Shown here: one piece after another, positions 1 through 13,499 of the stretch
Layout: the number at the start of each line of letters is the position of its first letter
Numbering within the stretch: the first letter of the stretch is position 1
Assembly (NCBI RefSeq): GCF_001194135.2
Contig: NC_068993.1
Coordinates: forward strand, 63,746,802-63,810,801
DNA from: Octopus bimaculoides
Taxonomy: Eukaryota
Direction: 5' to 3'
DNA: 64,000 nucleotides
Position numbers and translations under genes: made by a program
Notes under the pieces: generated by a model
What the model saw: only the letters and a program-made list of their open reading frames with translations
What the model was told of the DNA's origin: nothing
The model's database searches: none

Positions 1-63
<63 letters not shown>

Positions 64-210
64 ATGTATGTATGTATATATTTCTTTAACAAGAATATTA
101 CAGATAGTAACAACCGAGTTTCGGTCAGAATAACGAATTTGTCTTCTACAAAAGTACAGAATAACCCATCAAATTAATGCAAAATTGTTTTTATTATGAC
201 TAAACAAAAA

Positions 211-421
211 GGCCGCGAGCTGGTAGAACTGTTAGCGCGCTGAACAAAATGCTTAGCGGCATTTCGTCCGTCTTTATGTTCTGAGATCAAATTCCACCGA
301 GGTCAACTTTGCATTTCATCCTTGGGGGTCGATGAAATAAGTATCAGTTGAACATTGGATCGATGTAATCAATTTAAGCCCCTCCCCCGAAATTGCTGGC
401 CTTGTGCCAAAATTTGAAACC
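211..421 (+). mobile_element. tRNA-derived SINE family A (octopus-type), full-length copy
   Basis: Head ggccgcgagctggtagaa (A box), gagatcaaattcc (B-box-like), core ggggtcgat..aataagta, tail gaaattgctggccttgtgccaaaatttgaaacc; many homologous copies in the window. Confidence 0.85.
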
Positions 422-480
422 ATTATAATTGAGCATAAGACCAAACATTAATACACACACACGCACACACATATTGTATA

Positions 481-695
481 TTCTTTTATTCCTTTGTCGC
501 AATCATTTGACTGCGCTATGCCGGAGTATCGCCTTTAATGTGAACGAATCGACTCCAGGACTTATTCTTTGTAAGCCTAGTACTTATTCTACCGGTCCCT
601 TTTGATGAACCGCTAGGTTACGTGGACGTAGACACACCAACACCGGTTTTCAAGTGACAGTGGGGGGACAAACACAGACACACAATTATGCATAC

Positions 696-729
<34 letters not shown>

Positions 730-812
730 GCCCAAGGTGCCATGCAGTGGGACTGAACCTGGGGCCATATGAGGTTGGGAAGCAAGCTTCTTACCATAGA
801 GCCACTCGTGCG
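481..812 (-). mobile_element. tRNA-derived SINE family B (with internal TA/TG microsatellite)
   Basis: Reverse complement of the gcgcacgagtggct...ggttcagtcccactgc head and the gaataagtactaggcttacaaagaataagtcc 3' part; homologous to copies at 10.6, 23.3, 25.0, 27.5 and 63.6 kb. Confidence 0.85.
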
Positions 813-1690
813 CTGATATCTACATAACAATATATAAAATTGCATTTGTTTGTTTTTTGTAAACGAAGGAATTGAACAAGCGGAAAGTGAAGAAAAAGAA
901 ACGTAACATGAAGAGGGTTGGTGGTGGAGTAAGAAACTTAGTTGAAGGGATTGGAGTGGCAACGAGTCATAGGAAACTATGGAGAGAAGAAGAAGTGTGT
1001 GTGAGAGAGAGGGAGAGAGGGAGAGAGAGGAAGAGAGGAGGATTGGTGTGAAAAGTGAAAGAAAACGTGGGAGAGAGAATACACCACACAGAGGAATCAT
1101 TGTATCAAATGATCAGAGAGAAAGACTAGATGACATATGATCGACATGCAAATGTAAAATACACAATGTTATTTTGTCTGCTACGAGTGTTTTAATGTTA
1201 AGACAGCTTTAATTTCAGTTTCATGCAATTTATATTTTAAACGGTTTTGTAAAACAGAAAAGGAAATGATGTTTTATATGAAACACGTAGTGACCTAATA
1301 CAATTAACATGTATATATGTCTGTATGTATCTGTGTGTGTGTATGTATTTGTGTATGTGTGTTGTGTTAAGGTATGCTTGTGTGTATGTGCGTACGTCTG
1401 TTTGTCTGTCTATCAGTATGATACAGTATATATATATGCATATATATTTATATGTATATACATATATGCATATATATATATATATATATATATANNNNNN
1501 NNNNNNNNNNNNNNNNNNNNNNNNNNNNNNNNNNNNNNNNNNNNNNNNNNNNNNNNNNNNNNNNNNNNNNNNNNNNNNNNNNNNNNNNNNNNNNNNNNNN
1601 NNNNNNNNNNNNNNNNNNNNNNNNNNNNNNNNNNNNNNNNNNNNNNNNNNNNNNNNNNNATATATATATAGATATATGTGTGTGTGTGTG

Positions 1691-1893
1691 TGTCTTTGCT
1701 ACTGCGTTTGTCTCCCACTACCGCTTGACAAGCGGTGTTGGTGTGTTTACGTTCTCATAAACTAGCAGTTCGAAAAAGACCGATAAAGTAAATACCAGGT
1801 CTAAAAAAATACTGATATCGATTCAACCAAAAATTCTTTAAACCTGCGCCACCAACACTGCTGCAGTCAAGCGGCTATAAACCAAGTAAAAGA
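1691..1893 (+). mobile_element. SINE family B, 3' half
   Basis: cgcttgacaagcggtgttggtgtgtttac...gcagtcaa...agtaaaaga. Confidence 0.7.
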
Positions 1894-1905
1894 TATATAT
1901 ATGCT

Positions 1906-1939
<34 letters not shown>

Positions 1940-3518
1940 CCTCATGCACAAAACTACTTGTACATTATAATCGCGTAAATGTTGATTATTCTACTGAGAC
2001 TTGAACCCTGAACGTAATGTTTAGTCAGAACATAAAGGAAAGTGACTAAATACCAAATGATGTTTAGTTCGGCAGTCAAACGATTCTACCAGTCTTTGCT
2101 ATTTTCTGTTAACACAGTTGTGGCGTTTATCGGAAAAACAAACTATAAACTTCCCCACTTTGAGATGCTCATTAATTTTGGAATCATAAATGTTCGTTTG
2201 TTTCTCATTTTTTGCTTGTCTAACATATGAGGTTATTGATTGTTCTTGCTGTTGCTGTCTATTTGCTGTGTGTCTGAGTGCTAAAGATCTGCAAAGAGCG
2301 GAGGTAATAAATGATATGTTGATAGGTAAAAGAACAAAAGTAATTTATATCGATATCAAGTATTTAAAATGGCGATGGATGACAAAATCAACAAAGTGCC
2401 AAAACAAGTAACTTCCGGTATATTTAGTTACATTTCTTTCTTTGCTGAGGATCGACCTTGACTTTCACTCATGCAGTGATTGATAAGATAAATATCAGTT
2501 GGGAAAGAACTGTTGTTCATGTCCGTCTACGTAGTTTGTGAATTTGTGCTAGTGTTAGATATTGTGCTCACATTGCGGTGTTGCAAGGTAGAGTATGGTT
2601 GGTTAAAAGCGTTTCCAATATTTGACTACACATGATGCAGCGAGTCTGAGAGACTTCGTCCGGTGCTTATAGAATTGGGTGATAAGACCTTAACCTGACT
2701 ACCTAGCAGCAGCAGCAGAGTTGGTAATGGAAGTAGCAGAAACATTTACTAAACTACAAGTTCGAGTGGTCATTCAATGCTAGTTCCTTACTAACAGATT
2801 GTTAGTTTATATTTCATCACACAATGCCGTGAATTGGAGGAGGCTGTGAAGCATTGGCCAGAATACTTCTTGGCAAGCGTTCTGGCGCTCTGCGTTTCCA
2901 CTTAATTTCTTACTGGAATCTGCTTTACCTGACATATTTTTGAGAACAATCCAAAGTGACAATCCAGTACTGAGATCGATGATTCATCTCTCTCTTATTC
3001 ATCTCATCTCGCACCCTTCCCTCTCTCTTGAAGAAATTGGCTGTGGTCAAGATATGCCGTGTGACACGACGGTAACCCTGCAACTCCGCCAGAAGTTGAA
3101 GAAATGAACTTTTATCCCATGTGTTATATTGATGTCTAATCATATTCTAATAGATTATTAAACGATTCCAATTGTTTAAAGAATTGGATTTTCTTTTAAG
3201 AGAGCAACTTATAAACATTTTAAGTATTTTAATTTGTGAATTAGGTTCTTATTCATGGATCATTGTGGGATTGAACTGTAAGATGCCGAACATTGGTTAC
3301 AGCCGAGAACTGAAATCGGTTGCGGATTATCGGAAGATTAACCTTGCTGAATATAATTCTTACAGATAAAGAATACATGCCTACATACATACATATAATC
3401 ATTTTTGCTAATTATTTTGAAAAGGAGACATTCTACTCAGAATTGGTTAATTAGTTGCAGTGTGTTCTCAATTTTCTTTTTCTCTTTCATGAAACAACCA
3501 CGAAAAGTTACTGGATCG

Positions 3519-3578
<60 letters not shown>

Positions 3579-6500
3579 TTATATGTTTATATGTTCTCTT
3601 GAAATGATCGCAGTATATTACTATGATTTTACCGAGATCGTGATACGGTGGGTAGAAATGTCATTTTCGTTGGAATTGAAATTCAGACAACATATCCAAG
3701 ACGGCATCTTTGTTTCATGTAAAGGTATATTAATTATTTGTAAAAAGGAACAAAGCCAGTTTTTGTCGAGAGTAGTCGTACACAGTAAACAATATCGTTG
3801 CCTGTACCCCACCGTTACGTCTAACTTCAAATCCCTCGTCCTTTCTCGCCAAGAAATGTTAACAATAGAAAGGGTCACCTCTGTATTTGATACTTTATCC
3901 TTTCCCGAATACTGATCATGCATTCATTTATATAATACAGACCTCGATTTGTCTTCGTTTCATCTTATGTTTTCGATATATTGACTTTTCATGACATAAT
4001 TTCAAGTTATTTCTAGACAACATACTTGACCCAGATAAATTCATCATTCCTTCTATAACCTAGCTTAGTAAGCAAATACTAAATATTACACGTGCGTAAG
4101 TGAATAGCAAACACAGGCCAACATTTCCGACTGTACAGTCAGAAAACAAACAAACAACTATTTTCTATTTGAATACTTAAAAAGCACGAGAGCAAGCTGA
4201 ATGAAACTGTGTCTGGATACAAGTCATTGTCAAAAAGTAATGCTGCCAAGAGACTGTAATCTCAGAAGAGGTGCGAAAATATCGTCAAATTCTGTGGCGA
4301 TATTATGTCAGCCATCTGGGAAATCCAGTACAAATATCGCAACGTGGTTTCGGGAGTTGTATAAATAAAACCTCATCGCTGGGTATTGATTCTGTTGCGC
4401 TAAACAAACGAGAAGTTAAATCCACACAATGTCTACATCACAGATCAACAATCTAATTGAAATGATTGCCTGATCAATATTCTATCAGTGTTTACTGTAT
4501 GTGGAAGCACAGATAGCTTCTGTTAACCGTGAACATTGCCATTTTTACTTACAGCGTTTCTATCTGTTTGCCTACATATCTATCTACCTACTTATATATA
4601 TATTCACCCCTACATAACAGCCTATACACACACACACGCACACACACAAACACACACATATATACATATATGTGTGTGTGTGTGTGTGTACTGACGCGTT
4701 TAAGTGAACGCTTTGCCTTCTACTCCTTCACTCCCTTCATTCTGCTCCTCAGCCCATTTCCTTTTCCTTCCACCTCACGCGCACTTGTTTTCCTTTTTTA
4801 TACCTTTCCTGCCCCCACACTCACTAAGTTTCTCACTCCTCTTCGTGTCTACATTCCCATGTACTTTGCTTTGTCATTCAAATAATAGAAGATATGAGAC
4901 TCGTCTGTATTTCCTTTGTTACCTCATTCACCTTAACCTTGATGAAAGACCATATCCGAAACATCACAAACTCTACTACCTATGGCAATATTACTTTATT
5001 CTTTCTGCTGACCCTTAGAAACATACTGACACCCATGTAAATATTTACATTGTAACATTTTACAAACAAACGTCTCAAAGTAATTAGATTTTTCGCCGCC
5101 ACTTTGAACTCCACCAGTTTCTTACTTTTTAAAAAAATATTTCTGAGGTTTTCTGTTGACATTTTGATAGGTTTTATTTATTTTTCTTGCCCAGTTAGGC
5201 TATTTTTCACAACGTCTTTTGAAATTTGCTGTTTGTTTTTTTCCCTACCCTCACTCGTCAAATTTTCTTTTTCATTTCCTTAGATACAGTTTTTTTTTAA
5301 TCGCTTATTTATGTCACTTTCATAGTTTTACTTTTAGTTTTTTCTTCATACAAATATTTACGATGTTTTTCCCCGTTGCTTGCTTATTTCGTTCCTATTT
5401 CTATTTTTTCTTTTCCTTCCTTTCTCTAATTAACGAATTTTCATCAGCTCTTCATTTTTTTATCTTTACAAATGTCGTTGTTAACCAATACGATAATTGT
5501 AGTTTGAGTTCATCCAGTCAAAACCTGTCTTAGATACGCAAGCATTATCACTGTTTGTATCTTAAATACCATTCTTATCGTGCATCTTTGAAGAAAACTA
5601 GAAAAGGAGAGCCTCTGAGCAGCACCTTGTGAAATTTCAACTTCCAGTACAATATACTAGACTACTTTTAGTAGGGCTTGCTCATTTTTCTCCCTCTTCT
5701 TCATATTTATGTATTTACACGCGCACCAAGAAAATGACGCGACTGAAACTTGAATCTTTTTGTAATTCAGTTTTATTTCGTCGACATTTTGTTGAACGAA
5801 ATTCTCCAGTCCTTCTGCTGGTAAACCTGTCTTTTCAAGTGGAAGATCCATTGCGCCTTAAAGGAAGACTAATGGAATGTCTTTGAGAAAGCCGATTTCA
5901 AGTATCAGCTTTATCAGTCTAAAAATGCTATTGAGATGCTTTGTTAGAATTCACAAACGCTGTTTCTGAACATTTACCTGGTGACACAGTTTTAAAGACT
6001 AGCGAATTAAATTAAGCGTAAAGGTTTACTTATATTTTGTTTAGTTTATCCTGAAGAGAAGAAAAATTGAAACCAACCCCAGTAGGATTTGAACTCAGAA
6101 TAAAAAAGCTGCCACTTGAAGTGGACATGAAGTATAAAAGAGATTAACGTTTCTTTGTCTAGTACTACCGTCATTCGTCTATGATATCTTCAAATCCTAA
6201 AATAGCTGATGCGAGGGTGTTTATCTCCCGGTTAGCCTTAATTAACAAGGCTCATCCATCGGCAACCATTTACTCCTTTTGTATAGGTTATGATGATTAT
6301 GTCTAATAAAACTGTTTCCTTTATAAGACAACATGAGATTGATTCTGAAGGACATAGATTGCTACTTCTGTCGTATCGAGTGAATGCGTAGAGGCTCCTT
6401 CGTCGCTTGGTATGTATTCCCGAAAAGTACCTGTAACACTGCTGTCTAGGTCATTGAAATATCAGTGACAAAACGAATCACTTTCCTAGCGCCCTCCTTC

Positions 6501-6983
6501 ATTTCATTCCTCTCCCTTTCTCTGTTTGTGTGTCTGTGTCCTTGCGTATGCACACACGCACGCACGCACACACACGCACACACACGCGCACACACGCGCA
6601 CACACGCACGCATAAGTATATATATATATATATATGTGTGTACATATATGTATATATATGTGTATATACATGTACACACACACACGCACGCACGCACACA
6701 TACACTCATATAATATCATACGTGCAAATAGATTTTATTTATTTGTTCTAATTTACAGATGGGCTGATAAGATCAGATCTGACCTCTTCCTTGCAAAATT
6801 ATAAGATAACGCAATCAAAATAACAACCTTGACTGGCGAACATCAACGAAACATACAAATGAAATCATGTAAAACCATCAACTCGTCGTTCATATGTAAC
6901 ATTTTACATTGTTTTAGAAAGTTCAGCGAATGTAACAATATTTGCGGAGAACCTCCAGTGTAATAAAAGAGGCTCTTTCATGT

Positions 6984-7028
<45 letters not shown>

Positions 7029-7030
7029 CA
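6984..7030. repeat. (TAG)n microsatellite
   Basis: Direct reading. Confidence 0.95.
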
Positions 7031-8660
7031 GTAGTTTAGTCATAGCCTTTGCTCGTTCAAACAGATGCGGCTCTTTCTTCAGTCATGTTGACGAGGGAGA
7101 ACGTCTGCGTGGCAATGCGTTCTATTCGCAAAGGAAGCCAAAATAACCCTGAAATCAGATTTGGTTGTCTTCAAAAGAGAAGGACAGATTGGATAATCTT
7201 AGCCTTAGAAATGGAATGGTCACATTTGGAATGCCTTTGATTATAGGGTTGATAAACTATAGTTGAGCAGATTTTAAACTGCAGCAATAGCAACGATGGC
7301 AATCCCATTTCATTCTGTTAGCTCCCACAGTCTCCATGGCATCAAGCAGATGAAGATTAAATCATTTACCGGATAAAAAGAACGCCAGTAACTTCTGCAC
7401 AATGTCATCTCAAAACCGAAAGAATGCACTCGAGAATGAAGTCTTAGAAAGCAGAACAAAAGAAAATGAAAAAATTAAAAGATGAAAGGGAATGAATTTG
7501 AGTGGCTCCGTTCAGTGAGGGTCGTCCTGAGGCTGGACTAGTAACATATGGGTTTTATCAAATTATACTTTTAATGCATAACATCGTTTAATGTTGAATA
7601 CCTTAGTTAATTCATCAATGAGGTTGGAAAAACTCAGGGATGCCTTCTGTAAGAAATGTAAATAATTCAGTCGGTAGAAGGATGCTTAATGAAATGTGCC
7701 AACAAATTCTTATTGAGTCTAACTATAGCCAAAGTTTGGTGAAACAATGATTAGGCTAATGATTAATTCTGATCAACAAAAGCAAGGGAGGCAACCTCCA
7801 ACATTTAACTTAATTGTAATTAATTCAAAATAGAATTCAAGGCGGTGAAATGCTTGAGATGTTAGATAGACTTCTTTGCAGTATTTGTTTCAATTTTCTG
7901 CATTCTGAGTTCAAGTCGTTGGTATTAATCCTTGACTTTTATCCTTTTTGGTATAGATATAATAAAAGTACAAGTCCAGATTAACAGATTAGTGGAACTG
8001 TTAGTGACAAACAAAATACCTTGCAGTATTTGTCCCGTTTCTTTGTGTTGTGAGTTCAAATTCTACCTCATATCATCGGCGGTTTCCACGCTGCAGGAAA
8101 CTGGAACATGGTAACTTGGTTAACAGTGATAGGCCTCCAATGTCAGATGGAGCGAGGAATTGCTAGGAACAAACCCTCAGATCTTTTTATTTTTTGCTAC
8201 CAAAATCTTTCCCAAAGTGTGACAAACGCTAACAAAGACTAAAATGCCATGTCTTCAAAATAAAATCTAAATAGTTAATTAATTCCTAACCTATTTAATG
8301 TGGAGACCGAAGAAATGTCATTTAATTAATATCACAACCGGAGTGAAGAGAAAGAAAAATAAATATACTCAATTTTTTTTTTTACATACTAATGCATTTA
8401 TAAACCTGACAGTTTGTTCAGATTGGCCGCTTCAGTGTCCCATTGAGTCTGATCGTACATCCTAAATAAAAGTAATTTTAGTCAAGATTCTCTTTGACTA
8501 TTCCCCACCGGATGTTACCAAATTCGTTTAGCATTGATGACATTTTGATTCAACGTTAATGTTCTTTAGAATGCAGTTCGTTGGTATTTAACATCGAGTT
8601 CATAATTGGTTAGTTGAAAGATGAATATGATACTGGTGGCAGTGGTTTGTCGTGCTAGAA

Positions 8661-8713
<53 letters not shown>

Positions 8714-8735
8714 CATCATCATCATCATCATCATC
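8661..8735. repeat. (ATT)n(ATC)n compound microsatellite
   Basis: Direct reading. Confidence 0.95.
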
Positions 8736-9102
8736 AGATGCTGATAGAATAAGTACCAGGCTTTAAAAAAAGGTACCGGGGTCGATTCATTCGACTGAAA
8801 GCAAAAAGATTCAAAGAGCTGTCCCAGCATGGCAACATCANNNNNNNNNNNNNNNNNNNNNNNNNNNNNNNNNNNNNNNNNNNNNNNNNNNNNNNNNNNN
8901 NNNNNNNNNNNNNNNNNNNNNNNNNNNNNNNNNNNNNNNNNNNNNNNNNNNNNNNNNNNNNNNNNNNNNNNNNNNNNNNNNNNNNNNNNNNNNNNNNNNN
9001 NNNNNNNNNNNNNNNNNNNNNNNNNNNNNNNNNNNNNNNNNNNNNNNNNNNNNNNNNNNNNNNNNNNNNNNNNNNNNNNNNNNNNNNNNNNNNNNNNNNN
9101 NN

Positions 9103-9167
<65 letters not shown>

Positions 9168-10629
9168 GTATTGTTCTGTTATTGGTGAGATCTGCCAAAA
9201 ACTACTCCGTCCAGTGATAGATAATTATAATCTGATTCAAATCGCACTCCGGAATTTCAGAGTTTCTGTGGCCAAAAGCCATCGACAGGAGTGGAGGTGG
9301 GAGTGGAAATAAGTGTGACGTGATTTAAGAGAAGCCAATATCGAGATATAGCACGTAATTGTTTTTAATTTGTCGACTATTAAACGAGAAAATAGCAAAA
9401 ACTAAAACTCGTAAATATTTTATCCTTTGGTCGAAATTCGTTAGACCTCTTCAATTAAAAGGAATTAACTTCGTTGATAAAATCATTTGAACAGCTTCTA
9501 TGCAATTTATAAACACGTTCATCATATTTACAACGTTTGGGTCATATTAACGAGTGAAAAGATCGTCGCTTACGTGAATGGGCGCAAAGATGTTTTTCAA
9601 TTGATTGCTGCATGAAACTACAAAATGTAAGGAACAAAACAACGGAGATTCGCGAAGGAAACTAAAGAAAGTAAAGAGAAGGACGAATATGATAAAACTT
9701 GAATTCTGATTCTTGTATGTATACCAAATTCTAAAAAATAATGGTGGAAACAATTAACCTCCTTCTCACCGGAAGTTTTGTGAAATATGCTTCTTTACTA
9801 TTTTACATTTCGTTTCGATAGTCATCTGTCTGTTTCATGTTTAATATTACGAGAACGGTATTCTTTAGGTAGAGTCACACAATCTTGGCATCCACAGCAT
9901 AGTTAGCTGTGTTGCATTACTAGAAAACACAACTTTTGAAATCGACCCTTGTATCATATTCCTTGCAGTTTGCATTGTTATTACATTTTAATTCTTACAT
10001 AACTGGATAACTGATAACTAGAGGGATAAAACTTGTGTACTTTATTTTATCTTATTCATGCAAAGGTATGTAGATGAAAATGCAAGCAAAAGGGGTGAAG
10101 TGTTCGACTGACTGATACAACATTCTCCAGGGACGGAACTTTTATGTGGTCGTTCGATATATGTTACAAATAGCCAACGACAAGTTTTCTTCATACCATA
10201 TTCTATTGTCGTAAAATACATGACCGGTAAACACGAGAATGCTGTCCGACATACAGCATATGATGGAGAGAAGAAAAAACAATAAATACCAAAACAAGAT
10301 TCTTCTCAATACATAAACCGACAATATCTAAAATAAAAATTGGATTTCTCTGGAGTGCAAGCGTATAACTTCAGATTTAAAATAGTTTACTAGTTTTCCC
10401 CATGGCACAAGTGCTCCGATATATTGAGCTGATGCTTTGTACAGTTGGAACACAGCAAATACTTTGCATATTCTAGATTCCATCTTTCTCAAAAGACCTT
10501 CTGACTGACTCACCGCCATTCACACGCAAACTGCGATACAATTAGGAACGCATCGACATCAAGTATCCTCGTATATTCTCTTTTGTCGGTACAAAAACGT
10601 CTTCTGAAAGTTTTTTAAAACAAACAGCT

Positions 10630-10979
10630 GAACCCCAACAGATGCATGGTTCTGAGTTCAGTCCTACTGCGTGGCACCTTGGGCAGGTGTCTTCTACTAT
10701 AGTCTCGGGCCGACCAAAGCCTTGTGAGTGGATTTGGTAGACAGAAACTGAAAGAAACCCATCGTGTATATATATGTATATATACGTATGTGTGTGCTTG
10801 TGTCTGTATTTATCCTCCCACCATCGCTTGACAACCGATGTTGGTGTATTTAGGTCATCGTTATATATCGGTTCGGCAAAAGAGACCGACAGAATAAGTA
10901 CTAGGATTAAAAAGTCCTGGGGTCGATTTGTTCGACTAAAGGTGGTGCTCCAGCATGGCTGCCGTCAAATGACTGAAAC
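10630..10979 (+). mobile_element. SINE family B
   Basis: gttcagtcctactgcgtggcaccttgggc...gaataagtactagg...ggggtcgatttg...aaatgactgaaac. Confidence 0.85.
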
Positions 10980-11013
10980 NNNNNNNNNNNNNNNNNNNNN
11001 NNNNNNNNNNNNN

Positions 11014-11079
<66 letters not shown>

Positions 11080-11614
11080 CATTGACTATATGCGGTATAT
11101 ATTGACAGACGAGCTATATATAATGAGATAAACAGTTATATAGTGACGAATAAGCTATGTAATTGTATATCAATTGTGAAAATAGTTAAAGCATGTAAGG
11201 AAAAAGAAATTTTTTTACTCAGGTAAAATTTTCAATGAGACGCGAACGAGAAGAAAGAAAGAAGGAAATGGCGATGATTATTTATTCACACACACACACA
11301 CACACACAGAGAGAAACACACACGTGCATACTTGCACGTACACACATACATACACTTAACATTGAGAGATAGATAGATAGTTAGATGAAAAGAGAGAGAG
11401 AGAGAGAGAAAAGAATAAAGAAAGTGCGAGTGAGGGGACGTGATTGAAAAAGTCAAAGGCTGGCAGCCATACAGTCATACAGGCAGACAGGCATGATGTC
11501 AAACCGTTTATATAATTACTAAGATAGTGTTAACACGCTTAATGTGGTTTGTACTGAAATAGTTAAATGGAATCTCTAAAACGTATTTACGCAATAATTT
11601 TCTTGTCGTTTCAG

Positions 11615-11852
11615 TTTATAGTGTAAAGGGAAGACACAAGAGAATTATTGGTAAAGAGTCAGATTTTATGAAGAACCGTCCGAAGAAGGCGGTTTTTAGT
11701 AGGTCCTGGCCTGAACTTCCACCAGTTCCAAATACTGCACTACTACCAGACATCACTATTACCATTTCGAACATTGCTACTATCGTCAATACCTGTACAA
11801 CACTCTACTAAATGAAGCAGCAGTAACACCAGTGGTATATGCGTCCATAAAT
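11615..11852 (+). other. Putative 5' UTR exon of the SLC26 gene, containing uORFs
   Basis: Acceptor ttttcttgtcgtttcag| at 11614 and donor AAT|gtaagt at 11853 in unique sequence; no ATG-initiated frame reads through the donor. Confidence 0.45.
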
Positions 11853-12480
11853 GTAAGTAATATTACTCTTTCTGTTTCTTTTTTTCTTTCTAAACTTGTT
11901 TGTAGAGTGGCAGAAATAACAGCTTGATGTTATACATGACTTACAAGTTTGACAAACAGTTTTAAAAGTGAAATAAATTAGTCTGTAATAACAGCTTAAG
12001 TTGACAAAGGGTTCTGTCCGAAACGTTAGATTTTACATTTCAGCAAACCATTTAATTCTCCTTCCGAACTCGCTGTACTCACTAAATGTTGACGCAAACC
12101 ATATTGTATGGAATCCCCAAAATTAAGATTTGGTTGAATAGATGTTGTAGTTCTGAGCTTGTCTGCAATAAAGCTGTAGATGTGGTTACTCCTGTTGTAG
12201 TAGTTGTTATTGCTGCTGTTCTCAAACAGAAGTTGTTATAATTGCTTTAAGAGAAGTTAGTATCGTAGCCCAAAGAGACGTTGTTATTGTTCTGGTTGCT
12301 CCAATAGAATTTTGATCTTCCAGTTAGAGTGGTTTAATTAAACAGCAAACAACTACAGAATTTTGATTGTATCTTGGTCAGGAAATCTTTAGTAGTACAC
12401 AGCATGGATTAATTATCAAAGCATCACAATCAAAAAAAGTTTCCCATTCACTAACTAAGATTTTTTATGCCGTTGCTAAT

Positions 12481-12615
12481 GGTACTTATTTAATCGACCC
12501 CGAAAGTATAAAAGCAAAGTCGACCTCGGTGGAATTTGAACTCAGAACGTAACTGTAGACGAAATACCGCGAAGTATTTCGCCCGGCGTGCTAGCGTTTC
12601 TGCCATTTCGCCGCC
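12481..12615 (-). mobile_element. SINE family A, head and core
   Basis: ggtacttatttaatcgacccc...ggaatttgaactcagaacg...ctgccatttcgccgcc. Confidence 0.8.
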
Positions 12616-12884
12616 TTGCTGTTATTTCTTTCATGTTGCGTCACACTTAGAGTCTTCTCTAAGTGTGGAGGATTGACCGAATCGGTAGAGCAACGAACCA
12701 AACTGTGTTGGTCTATTTGGTTATGTCACTTTAAGTCTTAGGTTCGAATCCCGTCAAAGTTAACTTCACCTTTTGTTCCTTTGATAAAATATTGACGTAT
12801 TTCTTATATTAAAGCAAATACACTCTCACCCATTCACCTTACATTACTGTAAAAATTTGCCAACTTTATGAATAATATAAGAAC

Positions 12885-12933
12885 TAATAATAATAATAAT
12901 AATAATGATAATAATAATAATAATAATAATAAT
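12885..12933. repeat. (TAA)n microsatellite just upstream of the acceptor at 12950
   Basis: Direct reading. Confidence 0.9.
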
Positions 12934-13013
12934 TGGTATTCTTATTGTAGAGAAACCTAAATAAATCAAGAAGAGAAACTCCTCCTACATCCCTTCATTT
13001 ATAAACACCGAAA

Positions 13014-13341
13014 ATGTGTGATTCGAACACGGAACTGAACTCGTTAAAAGTTAACGGTGGCGTGAGCGAACCGAATACGCTGATAGAAATTCGTCGGCCT
13101 GCCTATAACATTATTGGATTCCGGGAAAAATTCCGAAAGTCTAAACCACCAGAGAAGACTTTCAAAGAGTGTGTCGCACAGCAAGTACGAAGTTGCACCA
13201 GTTGTTCCAAAGAAAGATGCAAACAAATCTTAACAGATACATTCCCGTTTCTGGGAATTCTTAAGAAATACAATGTGAAGACGGATTTACCTAACGACCT
13301 GGTGTCTGGACTTACAGTGGGTATCATGCAGTTACCTCAGG
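13014..13341 (+). CDS. SLC26A: SLC26 coding exon 1 (MCDSNTELN...DLVSGLTVGIMQLPQ-G); exon probably starts at acceptor 12951
   Basis: ccgaaaATG with an in-frame upstream TAA at 13002-13004; family N-terminal motif FPFLGILKKY...DLVSGLTVG; donor CAGG|gtgagt, phase 1. Confidence 0.93.
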
Positions 13342-13439
13342 GTGAGTAGATACGACGTACTCCTATTTCTCTGCTCCTCCTCTTTCTCCTTTAAAACACC
13401 TCTCTATAAATATGGAATGTGTCTCTGTATGTAAGATAT

Positions 13440-13440
13440 G

Positions 13441-13498
<58 letters not shown>
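13440..13498. repeat. (TCTA)n tetranucleotide repeat
   Basis: Direct reading. Confidence 0.95.

Positions 13499-13499
<1 letters not shown>

Noticed and set aside
211-421. tRNA gene calls for A/B-box-containing sequences
   Set aside because: They continue into SINE bodies, occur in many diverged copies and do not fold as complete tRNAs
10142-10324. Signal-peptide-like 60-aa minus ORF (MSVYVLRRILFWYLLFFLL...)
   Set aside because: Hydrophobicity comes from T-rich composition; no splice or family support
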